DNA of 64,000 bases. Origin: a virus. Lineage: Duplodnaviria > Caudoviricetes. Shown piece after piece: positions 1 through 10,376 of this stretch (positions are counted from its first letter, which is position 1; each line of letters opens with the position of its first letter). The position numbers and the translations under genes were made by a program. The notes under the pieces are model-generated. The model did not search any database. It saw only the letters and a list, made by a program, of their open reading frames with translations, and was not told the DNA's origin. The stretch lies in IMG/VR virus record IMGVR_UViG_3300028048_003124. One strand, 5' to 3'.

Positions 1-440
1 ATTTTATAGCAGGACAAGATACTCCTATAACAAATTCTATGAAATACTTACAGAGTGACGCATCTACGGATTTCTTAGAAGCAAAAAAGATTTTTGATCC
101 GTTTAGTGGTGTTGTAGGAACTATATTAGGTGTATTAACAACTGCTATTTTCTTATTTTCAGCACTATCTATACTTATAGATATAATGTACTTAGTATTA
201 CCAGGGCTACAGGCAATACTTGAAAGAGGAGAGGAGAACAAACGTCCATTATTTGTAAGTAATGAGGCATATACAGCAAAAAAGGACTCAGAGAAAGATA
301 GTGAGTATAAAAATGTGTTAAGCCTTTACATAAAAAGGCGTATTGGTTTAATAATTGCTATGGCAATATGTATTGGGTACTTGATAAGTGGAAAGATGTA
401 TGATGTAATTGCATATTTTGTAGATGCGTTTACGTTGTAA
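1..440 (+). CDS. Membrane protein, 5'-partial (C-terminal two-TM module; possibly pilin-like T4SS component)
   Basis: The frame of the 39..440 ORF stays open to the window edge (FIAGQDTPITNS-M), so it is likely truncated. Two hydrophobic helices, the second ending LISG. Lies directly upstream of the transfer cluster. Confidence 0.6.
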   Translation, partial: FIAGQDTPITNSMKYLQSDASTDFLEAKKIFDPFSGVVGTILGVLTTAIFLFSALSILIDIMYLVLPGLQAILERGEENKRPLFVSNEAYTAKKDSEKDSEYKNVLSLYIKRRIGLIIAMAICIGYLISGKMYDVIAYFVDAFTL

Positions 441-454
441 TATTGGAGGAATAA

Positions 455-3400
455 GTGATGAAGTTAGCAAGAAAAGGTAAAAACTTAACTAAAAGAATAG
501 TAAGTTTACTGTTAGTAATAACAGTTCTTGTAGGAACAATTATCGTAGGGGTAGTGAGCGTTAATGCTGATTCCAACGATAGAATTGCTACTTATATAAG
601 ACTTGCAGCTGACGGCTCTATAACTGATGGAGATACATCAGGAATGACTGAAGATCAATTGCGTTTTCTTGGTTTGTACTTAAGTAACTTCTATATTCCT
701 TTTGGTACAGAGCTTGGTACAAATAATGACGATATTACAAATTCAACTAAAGAAGATATGGTAAAATCCTTACAGCAAAAGTTGGCGTTTTCCGAGGAAT
801 TATCTAAATCTTTAGTAGAAACAATCTTTGGGTATACCAGAAGTAGCATGAAAGAGTTGAGTTTGTATGTAAGCGAACATTATCACGATGGGTATGAGAA
901 GGTAAATTTAGTAGCCCCAAATTACTATAACTTTTTAAAGATTATGAGTGGAAGATCTGCTGATATTATATCAAACTACTCTTCAGATTCATCAAAAGAT
1001 GGTCTTTCAAAATCTGCTTATGATAAAAATTATAGTGATCTTTCTTCTGAGCAGCAAAAAAATATTGAAACATTACAACATTTGTCAACATACAGGTACG
1101 CTTATTGGGGTTACGAGGATGGTAGTGGTGTAGTTCCTGTATTTGATGCTAAGCTACAGAGAGACGCTGGACTAGAAAAGACAGCAAACTATACACCGTC
1201 CCAGATAGCTTTCTTTAAGTGTTTGGAGTCATGTAACATAGATTACGGTTATGGTTATTCTTTTTCTGATTTCAATGCTAACGATGATGTAGATTACGCT
1301 TCTTTGATAAAAGATATTTCAGACGAGGATGCTATGAAGATGACTATGTTTGGTCAGAAAATGGCAGTAGATTGTTTTGGAGATATAGTAGCTTTAGGTG
1401 CAAATCACCAAATTGTTGCAGTACCAGGTTGTATAAACCCGTATTCTTGGATTCCAGTTGATGAGAATGGTGAGGATGATTTTGCAGCTGGAAGTTATTA
1501 TAATATGATTAATTCGATAAGTATTGTTCAGTCTCAAACATCCTCTTCAAATGGTAGTGAGTTAGTTTCTGATTGTGAGAAGTTTGATATAAAAGATTAT
1601 GTTAATGCGCTTCATGGGGGTGTAGATCCTAGTACTCAAACAAGTGATCCTACAAGATATAAACTAGGTACAATAAATGAGTCTGATCCATATGTAAAAT
1701 CTCGGAAAGAGTATTTAGAAAAGCATTATAATGGCAGATTAATTTTTAAAGCTAATTTTGAAGTTTTAAATGATAACCTATCGTCGTTAAAACAAGAATA
1801 TGAGGGTGCAGGAAATAACGCAGACGGTGGATATAATATATTAGCAATAAGGAAAGCCAGGGGTTCTGTTAATTCTAAATTAACAGAGGATGGGTTTTTA
1901 GGCATACCGCTAAGCACTGATTTCCTCAAATTCTTGATAAAGGCTACTGATGGTTTTAGAAGCGCTTACCCTAATGATAAAACATATAGGTACGCAACAA
2001 GAAGTGGTAGTGGTGAACCAACAGATGCGTGGTATCTTAAAACAACAACTTATGATGTAGTTGCTCCAATACATAATGATTCCTTTGGTGCTGTTTTTAG
2101 TTTTAGTGAAGATGTATACAAGAGTTCTGATAACTCATATGCAGAAGAAACTCATTTACCAGTCTTAATGTCTAATGCTGTTTTTATAGATAGCTTAGGA
2201 GCATATAAGGGTAAAGATACTATAGATTACAAGGCTTTCAATGTAGCTTCTTTTGTAGACGATAGTGGAAGTGTTGCAGACTCTGCTAAGAATGCAAGCA
2301 TAATGTCCCACTCTTTTGGTAACATGTATAAAGATATAAAATCTGGAAAACTTAGTGTTCCAACAGAGGCTTCTGAACAAGCCTTAAGCTTACTGTATGT
2401 CACTTATTGTTGGGCTTGTTTATATGATAACAACTCAAAAAAAGATACAATAGGCAAACTTGGGTACAGGTTTAATGTAGATGGCTTACCTACTATGAGT
2501 AATTCTCCTTTATCTTTAGGTGATGAGGCTTTGGAAGGTAGTGATGCCCAACTAGATGCTATCAAGAATTGGACATATTACATTCTTCACCCAACAAAAG
2601 GTTTCAACTATGTCAGAATATGGTTAACTAATAAAATAAATCATTTATTACTAGGTTTCCATAGTGATATGGTAGGTACTAATGGAGTAGGGGCAACAGT
2701 GGGTATCACTAAATACAGAAGTAATATGGGTTATGTAACGATGCCAGATTTATCTGAGATAAATTGGACTAATCGCATAATTCAGTTGTATAATGATTGC
2801 ATACCATTTTTTATAGTAATCCTACTAATACTTATGTTGATTGCTTTCATTGTTGGAGCTCTTAATCTACAACACGCAATTATAGGTTTGCTAATATTTG
2901 CAGTATTTACTTTATTACCTGTTCCTATGATAAATGGAGCGGTTAGTTATAGTAATAGAATATCTCAAAATGTGTACGGAGATAAGTTCACGTATTGGGC
3001 ATTAGTCCAGCAAGAGTCATATGCATCAGCTATAGATGAGGCAGCAAATGCTACAGGAGATGGTAATAGTTCTTATGAGAATTATTTGCGAACGTTGTAT
3101 GCAGAGAATGAAAAGGTTTATAGCAATCAAGGTACTGAGAGCATACTCGTAAAATGGCAAGCTCCTAAGAAGATGGCATCATTAGTATTAACAGAAGCAG
3201 ATGCAAAAACTCTTGGCGGTCTTAATGAGACAGGTGTAAAGATGCTGAGGGGTATGCTAAATAACACATATAGTGGTCAAAGCTATGTAGATGATGAAGA
3301 TGCTGTCTATATGTATAGAAGTTATTTAGATATAAACAACTTTAGTAGATATATCTACAATAGCATAGATTCCAATAATGTGAAGTATAGGAGTTTAGCT

Positions 3401-5941
3401 TCTGCAAAGAAAACTAATTGGAAGTCTTTACCCTCAGATTCTAGATTAAATGCTATAAACAACGATATGGTTGATTACATGAATGAAGGGTACACTAATG
3501 GTGAAAATTTTGATCAGACAAAAACCTTTGATAATCAGAAGTATATTTATGTACCATTAACAAGTAATATAATTAATGATGTATTAGTTGATTATGATAA
3601 GATAAAAGATTTCAGTGACTCAAACGATATGATAAATATAAATGCTGATATCTTTAATTTCGGATTACCTCAGTTTAATCAATCATCATCTAGTTTTGCT
3701 GATAAGTGGGGTGTAGAAACATTTGCAGCAACAGGTGGTATAACAGATGATGGAAGAAAAACTGAATTAGGTAAGGTGTTGTCAAATTACTCTGAGGAAG
3801 ACTTTGTTGGTCTTGCTTCTTATGGTCTGTACTCAGAGAACCCTTATTATTACTTCTCTTGGAAGTTATACTCAGATGGTTTAAAAGCCGACAGTACAGG
3901 CAGTAAAGAAGGGTATAAAAACCTGCTACTTCAAAAAGGAGAAGGCGGCTATTTCTATAACACTGAAAATAACGGTAATAAAGAATTAAAGGACTTCATG
4001 AATATGAAGGGACTTTTCACTTATATAATACCGTATATGAAGCAGTGTAATGATATGGTACGCGAGTGGGATGATACTTTTGGAATATATGTATATGACG
4101 GTATACCAACTGAAGAAGGTCACTGGAATGAAATGACTACTGATGAGATGAAGGCTAAGTATTGGCATAATCTCAATGTAACAAGGTTATATTGTATATA
4201 CTGTCCATGGGTAGATGTTATGTATGATTGCTCTTATGCTAAGAGTGAGACTATAAATGTTATGGGAGAAAGGGTAACGATAGATGACCCGTTAGATCCT
4301 CAAAAGTACCCGTCATCTCGTCCCATGATTTTCTCAGCATCAGAGATGGCTGACTATGGGTTATCCGAAGCAGATCTAACTAAAGTAGAAAAGAAGATAC
4401 TACGTTGTAATGAGAAGTTTGAGGAACGTATGTATGAGTTATTGAATTACTATACGTTCAGTGATATAACTTTAAATTCAGCGGCAGCTATCAATTGTGC
4501 TTTCGTATTCAATAATACTTTTAGTGAAAACGGAATATTCACAGATAACCATAATATATACCCTCAATCTTTTGATTTGTCAAACTTCTCATATGATGCA
4601 TTCTTAAGATTAATTCTATCAAATGCAACTAGCGAAGATTTGTTAGAGGCTTCTGAGAGTTTGGATAATGGTACAGCTACTGGTGATGCTAGTGGTGATT
4701 TCTATGAGAGATTGGTAAATAGGTCTAGTACGATAACTGTTATAGTTATGTTAATACTTGACGTATTATCAGTATATTTAATACCTGCATTCAGAATATT
4801 CTTCTTAGTTGCGATATTCTTTGCAGCTATACTGATTGTATTAACTTCCGCTTTCAGAATTGAAGCCAGTGCAAAGTTCCTGAGGAAAGTGGGTATGCAG
4901 TTTGTAGTACCATTACTATCATTCTTTGCAGCAACAATAGGATTTTCTTTAGTAATGTCCTTATTTGTTGGAGTTGGAAATAATGCTGTGACTCAGACTG
5001 GTATATTTATATCATTAGGAGACCCAGTAGTAACGATGTTAGTAATGATCGCCTTAGATTTAATTCTACTGTTTATATACTGGAAGATAATAAAAAATGT
5101 TCTAAAGTATATAAGAGGTGACGCTAAAGCTGTAGGCGGTTTTGTAACAGGTCTTGGCGCAGCAACAGTTGGTTTAGTAGCAGGAGCTGTGGCAGCTGGT
5201 GCAGGAGGAGTACAAGGTTTTGGAAAAAGTGCTTCTAGACGGTTTAATAATTGGAGAAATCGCAACCTGCAAAAGAAGGGTAATAAGTCCTTAGAAGAGA
5301 TAGCAAACAATAAGGGTATGCCTGCGCAGGATGGTACAGGTGTTGAAAACGGTAGAGCCAATGAGAGAGGCGCAGGAGGTTCTGCTGAGCATGCTGAAGA
5401 TGCTGCTCGTAATAGGGACTTAGAAAAAGATAAGGGTGAAACTCCAGATATTAAGAGAGAAGTTGACGCCGAGGAGAGAAAGGCTGAGATTGATTCTAAA
5501 GCTGCATCTGGAGATATCGAAGGCTCTGATAACGATGATAGAAAGAGTCACATATCTTATGATACTGTTGGTTCAAATACTGGTTCTGAATCGGCAGACT
5601 CTCTAAACAACAAGGCATCTTCTGGTGCTAATATTGGTAGTAACAGTGATGTAACTACCAATAGAGCACCTAGAGAGAAGGTAAAACAGGGTTATAAGCC
5701 TGACGCCTATGATAGAGAAGAGGCAAGAAGGAGAGGTATACCGTCCAACAGGAGAGAAGGTAGTGATGCTATAAATCGAAGTGTTGGTAGTAGAGACGTT
5801 AAAAGAGACCGTGTTCCTCGCTCTAATAATGGTGGAAATAAGAGAGCTACCGATAGGGGTAGTAAGCCAGTAGAAACCCGACCAAACAGGGAGAAGGTAT
5901 CGAAACCTAAGAAAGATCCTAGAATACACGGTAATAAATAA
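455..5941 (+). CDS. Giant multi-pass membrane protein, putative VirB6/TcpH-like mating-pair protein
   Basis: 1828 aa. RBS GGAGGA; N-terminal signal/anchor; large extracellular-type regions; TM clusters near aa 785-825 and 1430-1590; charged low-complexity C-tail. Function inferred from topology and context. Confidence 0.55.
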   Translation: MMKLARKGKNLTKRIVSLLLVITVLVGTIIVGVVSVNADSNDRIATYIRLAADGSITDGDTSGMTEDQLRFLGLYLSNFYIPFGTELGTNNDDITNSTKEDMVKSLQQKLAFSEELSKSLVETIFGYTRSSMKELSLYVSEHYHDGYEKVNLVAPNYYNFLKIMSGRSADIISNYSSDSSKDGLSKSAYDKNYSDLSSEQQKNIETLQHLSTYRYAYWGYEDGSGVVPVFDAKLQRDAGLEKTANYTPSQIAFFKCLESCNIDYGYGYSFSDFNANDDVDYASLIKDISDEDAMKMTMFGQKMAVDCFGDIVALGANHQIVAVPGCINPYSWIPVDENGEDDFAAGSYYNMINSISIVQSQTSSSNGSELVSDCEKFDIKDYVNALHGGVDPSTQTSDPTRYKLGTINESDPYVKSRKEYLEKHYNGRLIFKANFEVLNDNLSSLKQEYEGAGNNADGGYNILAIRKARGSVNSKLTEDGFLGIPLSTDFLKFLIKATDGFRSAYPNDKTYRYATRSGSGEPTDAWYLKTTTYDVVAPIHNDSFGAVFSFSEDVYKSSDNSYAEETHLPVLMSNAVFIDSLGAYKGKDTIDYKAFNVASFVDDSGSVADSAKNASIMSHSFGNMYKDIKSGKLSVPTEASEQALSLLYVTYCWACLYDNNSKKDTIGKLGYRFNVDGLPTMSNSPLSLGDEALEGSDAQLDAIKNWTYYILHPTKGFNYVRIWLTNKINHLLLGFHSDMVGTNGVGATVGITKYRSNMGYVTMPDLSEINWTNRIIQLYNDCIPFFIVILLILMLIAFIVGALNLQHAIIGLLIFAVFTLLPVPMINGAVSYSNRISQNVYGDKFTYWALVQQESYASAIDEAANATGDGNSSYENYLRTLYAENEKVYSNQGTESILVKWQAPKKMASLVLTEADAKTLGGLNETGVKMLRGMLNNTYSGQSYVDDEDAVYMYRSYLDINNFSRYIYNSIDSNNVKYRSLASAKKTNWKSLPSDSRLNAINNDMVDYMNEGYTNGENFDQTKTFDNQKYIYVPLTSNIINDVLVDYDKIKDFSDSNDMININADIFNFGLPQFNQSSSSFADKWGVETFAATGGITDDGRKTELGKVLSNYSEEDFVGLASYGLYSENPYYYFSWKLYSDGLKADSTGSKEGYKNLLLQKGEGGYFYNTENNGNKELKDFMNMKGLFTYIIPYMKQCNDMVREWDDTFGIYVYDGIPTEEGHWNEMTTDEMKAKYWHNLNVTRLYCIYCPWVDVMYDCSYAKSETINVMGERVTIDDPLDPQKYPSSRPMIFSASEMADYGLSEADLTKVEKKILRCNEKFEERMYELLNYYTFSDITLNSAAAINCAFVFNNTFSENGIFTDNHNIYPQSFDLSNFSYDAFLRLILSNATSEDLLEASESLDNGTATGDASGDFYERLVNRSSTITVIVMLILDVLSVYLIPAFRIFFLVAIFFAAILIVLTSAFRIEASAKFLRKVGMQFVVPLLSFFAATIGFSLVMSLFVGVGNNAVTQTGIFISLGDPVVTMLVMIALDLILLFIYWKIIKNVLKYIRGDAKAVGGFVTGLGAATVGLVAGAVAAGAGGVQGFGKSASRRFNNWRNRNLQKKGNKSLEEIANNKGMPAQDGTGVENGRANERGAGGSAEHAEDAARNRDLEKDKGETPDIKREVDAEERKAEIDSKAASGDIEGSDNDDRKSHISYDTVGSNTGSESADSLNNKASSGANIGSNSDVTTNRAPREKVKQGYKPDAYDREEARRRGIPSNRREGSDAINRSVGSRDVKRDRVPRSNNGGNKRATDRGSKPVETRPNREKVSKPKKDPRIHGNK

Positions 5942-5968
5942 TTGTAGCATAAAGAGGAGGTTATTCTA

Positions 5969-7579
5969 ATGATTATACTTTTAATTGTTTTATTATGGAT
6001 AATTAGTATAGCATTAAGGATAACCTCCTCTGGTATAAGAACAGTAAATAGTGTTTCAAATAAGGTATCAAAACTTGCCGATAAATCAAAAGATAAAATA
6101 GAGGGTAAATTAGATGTAAAGAAAGATGTGGAAGATGTAAAAATACAGAATGGTGTTAGAGGTGTAAGAAAAACAGCTAGAAAAGCAAAAGATTTAGTAG
6201 TAAAAGCAACAACAAGGGTAATAGGTGCAGTACGAATTATAATAGATTGGCTTCGAAGAATTCTATTGTTAATACTACCAGAGATATTGCTTCTTGATTT
6301 AATAGTATTTTTGGTTTTAGTAGTAATAGCTTCTAGTGTTTTATTATTTTATGATAAGTTTGCAGAGATTAAATCAGATACTTCCTCATCTTCTTCAAGT
6401 CAGACGGTTACTGATGGTGGTAAAAGTAAGTTATTGATAATAGGTGATTCTAGAACAGTATTACTTGGCACTGTGTTGTTTGGTTTGTCAGATAAAGATC
6501 ATACTATAAAATCTAGTACAGATACTGGTGATTATATATACGCAAAAGGCGCAGAAGATTTAAGTTGGGTGAAAGATAATATAAAAGAGATTGATGATCT
6601 TGTAGATGGCGATACCGCAGTAATGTTTAACATGGGTGTTAATGATGTAGCTAATAGGAAAGCTGGATCTTCTGTAGAGCCTGTAAGTGCTTATGTTGAT
6701 TTCTTAAATGATCATTACAAGACATGGAAAGATAAGGGTGCAGATGTTTATTTTGTAAGCACTGGACCTACTAATGATGAAGCTGTAAGTGATCCAAACT
6801 ATAAGATAAACTCGGAAATAAAAGAGTTTAACAAAGGTGTAAAAGATGGTATGAATAGCGAAATAGGCTATGTTGACATATATTCCGCCATAGAAAGTGA
6901 TGTAATGAGTAAAGCCACAGAGGATGGTATACATTATTACGGGAAAGATATAAATCAAAAGATATATGATGAAATGGCAAAACACAAGGGTAGTGGTTCT
7001 ATTGAGAAAAAGTCAAAAGTTTTGATAATTGGCGACAGTAGAATGGTAGGACTGGCTACTTCTGTATTAGGAATGTCGTCAACTAAGTCAACATATAGCG
7101 GTAATTCTTGGGATTTTGTTGATGATACAAAAGATAATATTCATGTTTACGCCATGGTAAGTATGGGTTTGTCTTGGACAAAATCTAATTTGGATGAAAT
7201 AAATGGGTATATTGATTCCGATACTGCTGTTGTATTTGCAATGGGAGCAAATGACTTGTCTGGCGATAAAGATGGTGCATCCTATATTGAGTTCCTGAAT
7301 GATCAACAGCCTAAGTGGGCAGAAAAAGGTGCTTCTGTTTTCTTTGCAAGCGAGACCGCAATTGATGAGAGTAAGTATACGGGTTATTCAAATAGTGATG
7401 TAGAAAACTTTAATTCTAAGATAAAAAGTGGAGTAAATTCAAAAGTTGGGTACATTGATTTGTACTCAGCAACAAAAGATATGATAGCAACTGGAGATCA
7501 TTCTCCTGACGGTCTGCATTATGACTCAGATGTGTATGAGAAAATGTTAGATTCGATAAAATCTTCAGCAATGAAATAA
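5969..7579 (+). CDS. Membrane-anchored protein with two tandem SGNH/GDSL hydrolase domains
   Basis: IIGDSR twice, GVND/GAND, DGIHY/DGLHY: complete Ser-Asn-Asp-His motif sets in both domains. N-terminal TM helices. Confidence 0.85.
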   Translation: MIILLIVLLWIISIALRITSSGIRTVNSVSNKVSKLADKSKDKIEGKLDVKKDVEDVKIQNGVRGVRKTARKAKDLVVKATTRVIGAVRIIIDWLRRILLLILPEILLLDLIVFLVLVVIASSVLLFYDKFAEIKSDTSSSSSSQTVTDGGKSKLLIIGDSRTVLLGTVLFGLSDKDHTIKSSTDTGDYIYAKGAEDLSWVKDNIKEIDDLVDGDTAVMFNMGVNDVANRKAGSSVEPVSAYVDFLNDHYKTWKDKGADVYFVSTGPTNDEAVSDPNYKINSEIKEFNKGVKDGMNSEIGYVDIYSAIESDVMSKATEDGIHYYGKDINQKIYDEMAKHKGSGSIEKKSKVLIIGDSRMVGLATSVLGMSSTKSTYSGNSWDFVDDTKDNIHVYAMVSMGLSWTKSNLDEINGYIDSDTAVVFAMGANDLSGDKDGASYIEFLNDQQPKWAEKGASVFFASETAIDESKYTGYSNSDVENFNSKIKSGVNSKVGYIDLYSATKDMIATGDHSPDGLHYDSDVYEKMLDSIKSSAMK

Positions 7580-7582
7580 TAG

Positions 7583-7617
7583 AGTAAGCTGACTTAATAC
7601 TGTCAGCTTACTTTTTT
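7583..7617 (+). terminator. Rho-independent terminator
   Basis: AGTAAGCTGAC-N8-GTCAGCTTACT perfect stem followed by a T run. Confidence 0.85.
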
Positions 7618-7656
7618 GTTTGAGATATAGTTATATTAGAACTTAGAAACAGGTAA

Positions 7657-8769
7657 TTGTTATGTTCAACTCTTAGGGGGTATTTTATGCGAAAAGAAGA
7701 CGTTACTGGAATGCAGCCTCAAATGGGCGACATTAGTATTACTTTACCTATAACATTTGACTATTCTGGTGGTAGAAAAGATAGAAATAAAAGTATAAGG
7801 ATATGGGCTATAATTGTAAGTGTAATAGGTGTAATTGTAGCAGTTGGTATTCTGTTTGGAAAAAATGAGTTTTATATTAAGGTGCCATTATCTATACTAA
7901 TATTTTATGGTGTGCTTTTAATTATTCGTTATCTCTTTTTTAAAGAGGGGAAACGTAAAGAAGATTATAAAGCTATGATAGATAATGATTATGAAATGTC
8001 TTACAAAGAAATATGGGGTATTTATTCAGTAGAGGACACTCATCCTTACTATTGTAGGTTTAGAAATGGTAAGAGTGGTGTTTATATAAGATTAAACAAA
8101 GATGTAATTCTTGGAAAATATAGCGAGTCTGAGTATGAACATTATGAGGCTGTTGCTGATGCTTATAATTTAGCAGGAGCTGGAAAAGTTCAAATGGTTC
8201 ATATTGATTATATGGATAATGTAGGTTCAGATGAAAGACTAGAGGAGAGTTTCATAGCGATAGAGGGTGTTAGTAACCCTGATATCAAAGATATTTTAAC
8301 GGATATCTATAGTTATCAGCAGGCAAATATGCAGCGTCGTGTATCTACTTTTGATGTGTATGCCTTTTTATGGACTGGTAACGATATAACAGCATGGAAT
8401 ACTATTATTCGTATTCTAAATTGCTTTCTAGAAGCAAATTATCGTAGCTATCAGGTATTAGATGAGCGTGAGCTTAGGGAGTTAACAAAATCTGTGTTCA
8501 ATCTAAATGATTTTTCAATTACAGATGCTTCTGCTTCTGCCTTTAATACTGATGATACTGCTTCAATAAAACCAATCTCTATTTCTGACGTAGACGGAAA
8601 CATCAGGGTAATAAATAAGACCTCTCTTGAAAAAGAAGAGGAAAAGAAGTTACATAGAGAAGAGGAAATAGCTACTCAGAAGGAGATATTAAGGCGTAAA
8701 AGAGAAAAGAAAAATAAAAAGAAGAAACCGACTTCTGAAGAGGTTGATGTTTATAATGATATATTTTAA
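7657..8769 (+). CDS. TcpE/PrgI-like (VirB3-like) conjugative membrane protein
   Basis: Two adjacent N-terminal TM helices then a soluble domain; upstream of VirB4. Likely start ATG 7687. Confidence 0.5.
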   Translation: MLCSTLRGYFMRKEDVTGMQPQMGDISITLPITFDYSGGRKDRNKSIRIWAIIVSVIGVIVAVGILFGKNEFYIKVPLSILIFYGVLLIIRYLFFKEGKRKEDYKAMIDNDYEMSYKEIWGIYSVEDTHPYYCRFRNGKSGVYIRLNKDVILGKYSESEYEHYEAVADAYNLAGAGKVQMVHIDYMDNVGSDERLEESFIAIEGVSNPDIKDILTDIYSYQQANMQRRVSTFDVYAFLWTGNDITAWNTIIRILNCFLEANYRSYQVLDERELRELTKSVFNLNDFSITDASASAFNTDDTASIKPISISDVDGNIRVINKTSLEKEEEKKLHREEEIATQKEILRRKREKKNKKKKPTSEEVDVYNDIF

Positions 8770-8789
8770 TAGAAAGGGTTGTTTTAATA

Positions 8790-10358
8790 ATGTTAGTAAT
8801 GTTATCTTGTGGACCTAGTAGTGGTAAAATAATAAAAACTATTTCTACTCAGATAGATAATATAGACTTTCATAGTTTTCAAAATGTAGAGGAGTTTATA
8901 CATCAGTGTCAGTTACGACATCTGGCTTTTGATAGGCTTGTATTCACTAGTAAGTTCACTTCAAGTGAGGAGGATATGTCCTCTTTGTGTGATTTTGTAA
9001 GAAGCGATCTTGGTAGTGTTGAGATTGTAATGATACTATCTAAAAACCAAAAGAACTACGAGGGTATTTTTAAGGAGTATTTTGACAGTCCAACATACAC
9101 TGTTATGTATGTAGATAATCCTACTACAAAATGTATTGTAGATGCTGTAAATCTACCGATAATAGATGTAAAAGCTAGGTACTATAATTTGGATAAGCCA
9201 AAGGATGTTGAGAGTCATAAAAATTCTAAATTTGGATTATTCAAAGGCGGAAAAAAGAATAAAGAAAATAATTCGCAGAATCAAAATTCTGGTAATGATA
9301 GTTCTGAAAGTACGCAGAATGCTGGAGATACTGAAGAGAGCAATAGCTCAGATAACGTCGAAAAGAATGATCGTAATCTATCGGAGAATATTGGAGACTT
9401 GAATGGTACAGGTCTTTCCTCGGAAGCTGATAATCAAGAAAAACCTGAATTTGGTTTTGATGGGTTTAGTCCTGTTGCTAACGAAAACGTAGTTGCGGAT
9501 AATTCTGAACCATCAACAGACGATTTAGATTTAAACATCGGAGAATACGGTATGATGCATTCAGACTCTGGTTTTGTTGGCGATGATGATTTATCAGAGT
9601 TAGAAGAGTATGCTCGTACTCATAATACTGTAGAAGAGCCTACCAATGTTGTTCAAAGTAAACCTATTAGACAAAGGGCTTCTGAGTTAGTCAAACCTAG
9701 TGGTAGTGACGATAATAAGCCTCCTGTAGAGAAGTATGAGTCCGTAAAAGAGGATCGCCCTGTTTATACTAAAAAGGCTTCTACAGATATTATATTTGTA
9801 ACAGGTTTGCGTGGCTCAGAGGCTACAATAACAGTAGTAAATACAGCTGTTGATATGTCTAAGGAAGGCAAAAGAGTACTAATAATTGACTTAGACGACA
9901 ACCAAAGCGGAGTATTGTCTTTCATTGATGTAAATTCTTACTATTTGAGAGGTTGTTTTAATGGTATAAAAACTAGGAAAATTTATTCGGAGGATGGAGT
10001 AGATATCCTTTCCAATGGGTATGATAAGCCTATAAGCAATGATGATGTAAAAAACTTACTATCAAGTGAATTACTGACTAGGTATGATACAGTTATAGTA
10101 GATTGCCCATTAGACTGCTTACCTTTAGTAGAAGATTCTCTATTTGATAAAGGTGAAGTATGGGTATGTTGTATTCCAGATTTAAGCAAACTGGTTGAGA
10201 CTACTATGAAGCTCAACGATAGAAGCAGTGTTTCCTTGAAGAAGAATATTATCATAAACTCTAATTGTAGAGTTATTTCTAGTGATGATATTTACGATGA
10301 AGATGTTGATATGTTAAAGAGAGATTTTGTATTTCCTAATGGTTGTTGGTTGGATTAA
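8790..10358 (+). CDS. Receiver-like + acidic linker + degenerate MinD/ParA/CpaE-like P-loop protein
   Basis: IIFVTGLRGSEAT...GKRVLIIDLD...YDTVIVDCP follows the MinD/CpaE pattern, but Walker A GKT is replaced by EAT. Confidence 0.6.
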   Translation: MLVMLSCGPSSGKIIKTISTQIDNIDFHSFQNVEEFIHQCQLRHLAFDRLVFTSKFTSSEEDMSSLCDFVRSDLGSVEIVMILSKNQKNYEGIFKEYFDSPTYTVMYVDNPTTKCIVDAVNLPIIDVKARYYNLDKPKDVESHKNSKFGLFKGGKKNKENNSQNQNSGNDSSESTQNAGDTEESNSSDNVEKNDRNLSENIGDLNGTGLSSEADNQEKPEFGFDGFSPVANENVVADNSEPSTDDLDLNIGEYGMMHSDSGFVGDDDLSELEEYARTHNTVEEPTNVVQSKPIRQRASELVKPSGSDDNKPPVEKYESVKEDRPVYTKKASTDIIFVTGLRGSEATITVVNTAVDMSKEGKRVLIIDLDDNQSGVLSFIDVNSYYLRGCFNGIKTRKIYSEDGVDILSNGYDKPISNDDVKNLLSSELLTRYDTVIVDCPLDCLPLVEDSLFDKGEVWVCCIPDLSKLVETTMKLNDRSSVSLKKNIIINSNCRVISSDDIYDEDVDMLKRDFVFPNGCWLD

Positions 10359-10376
10359 CAGTAGGGTGGTAAGGTT

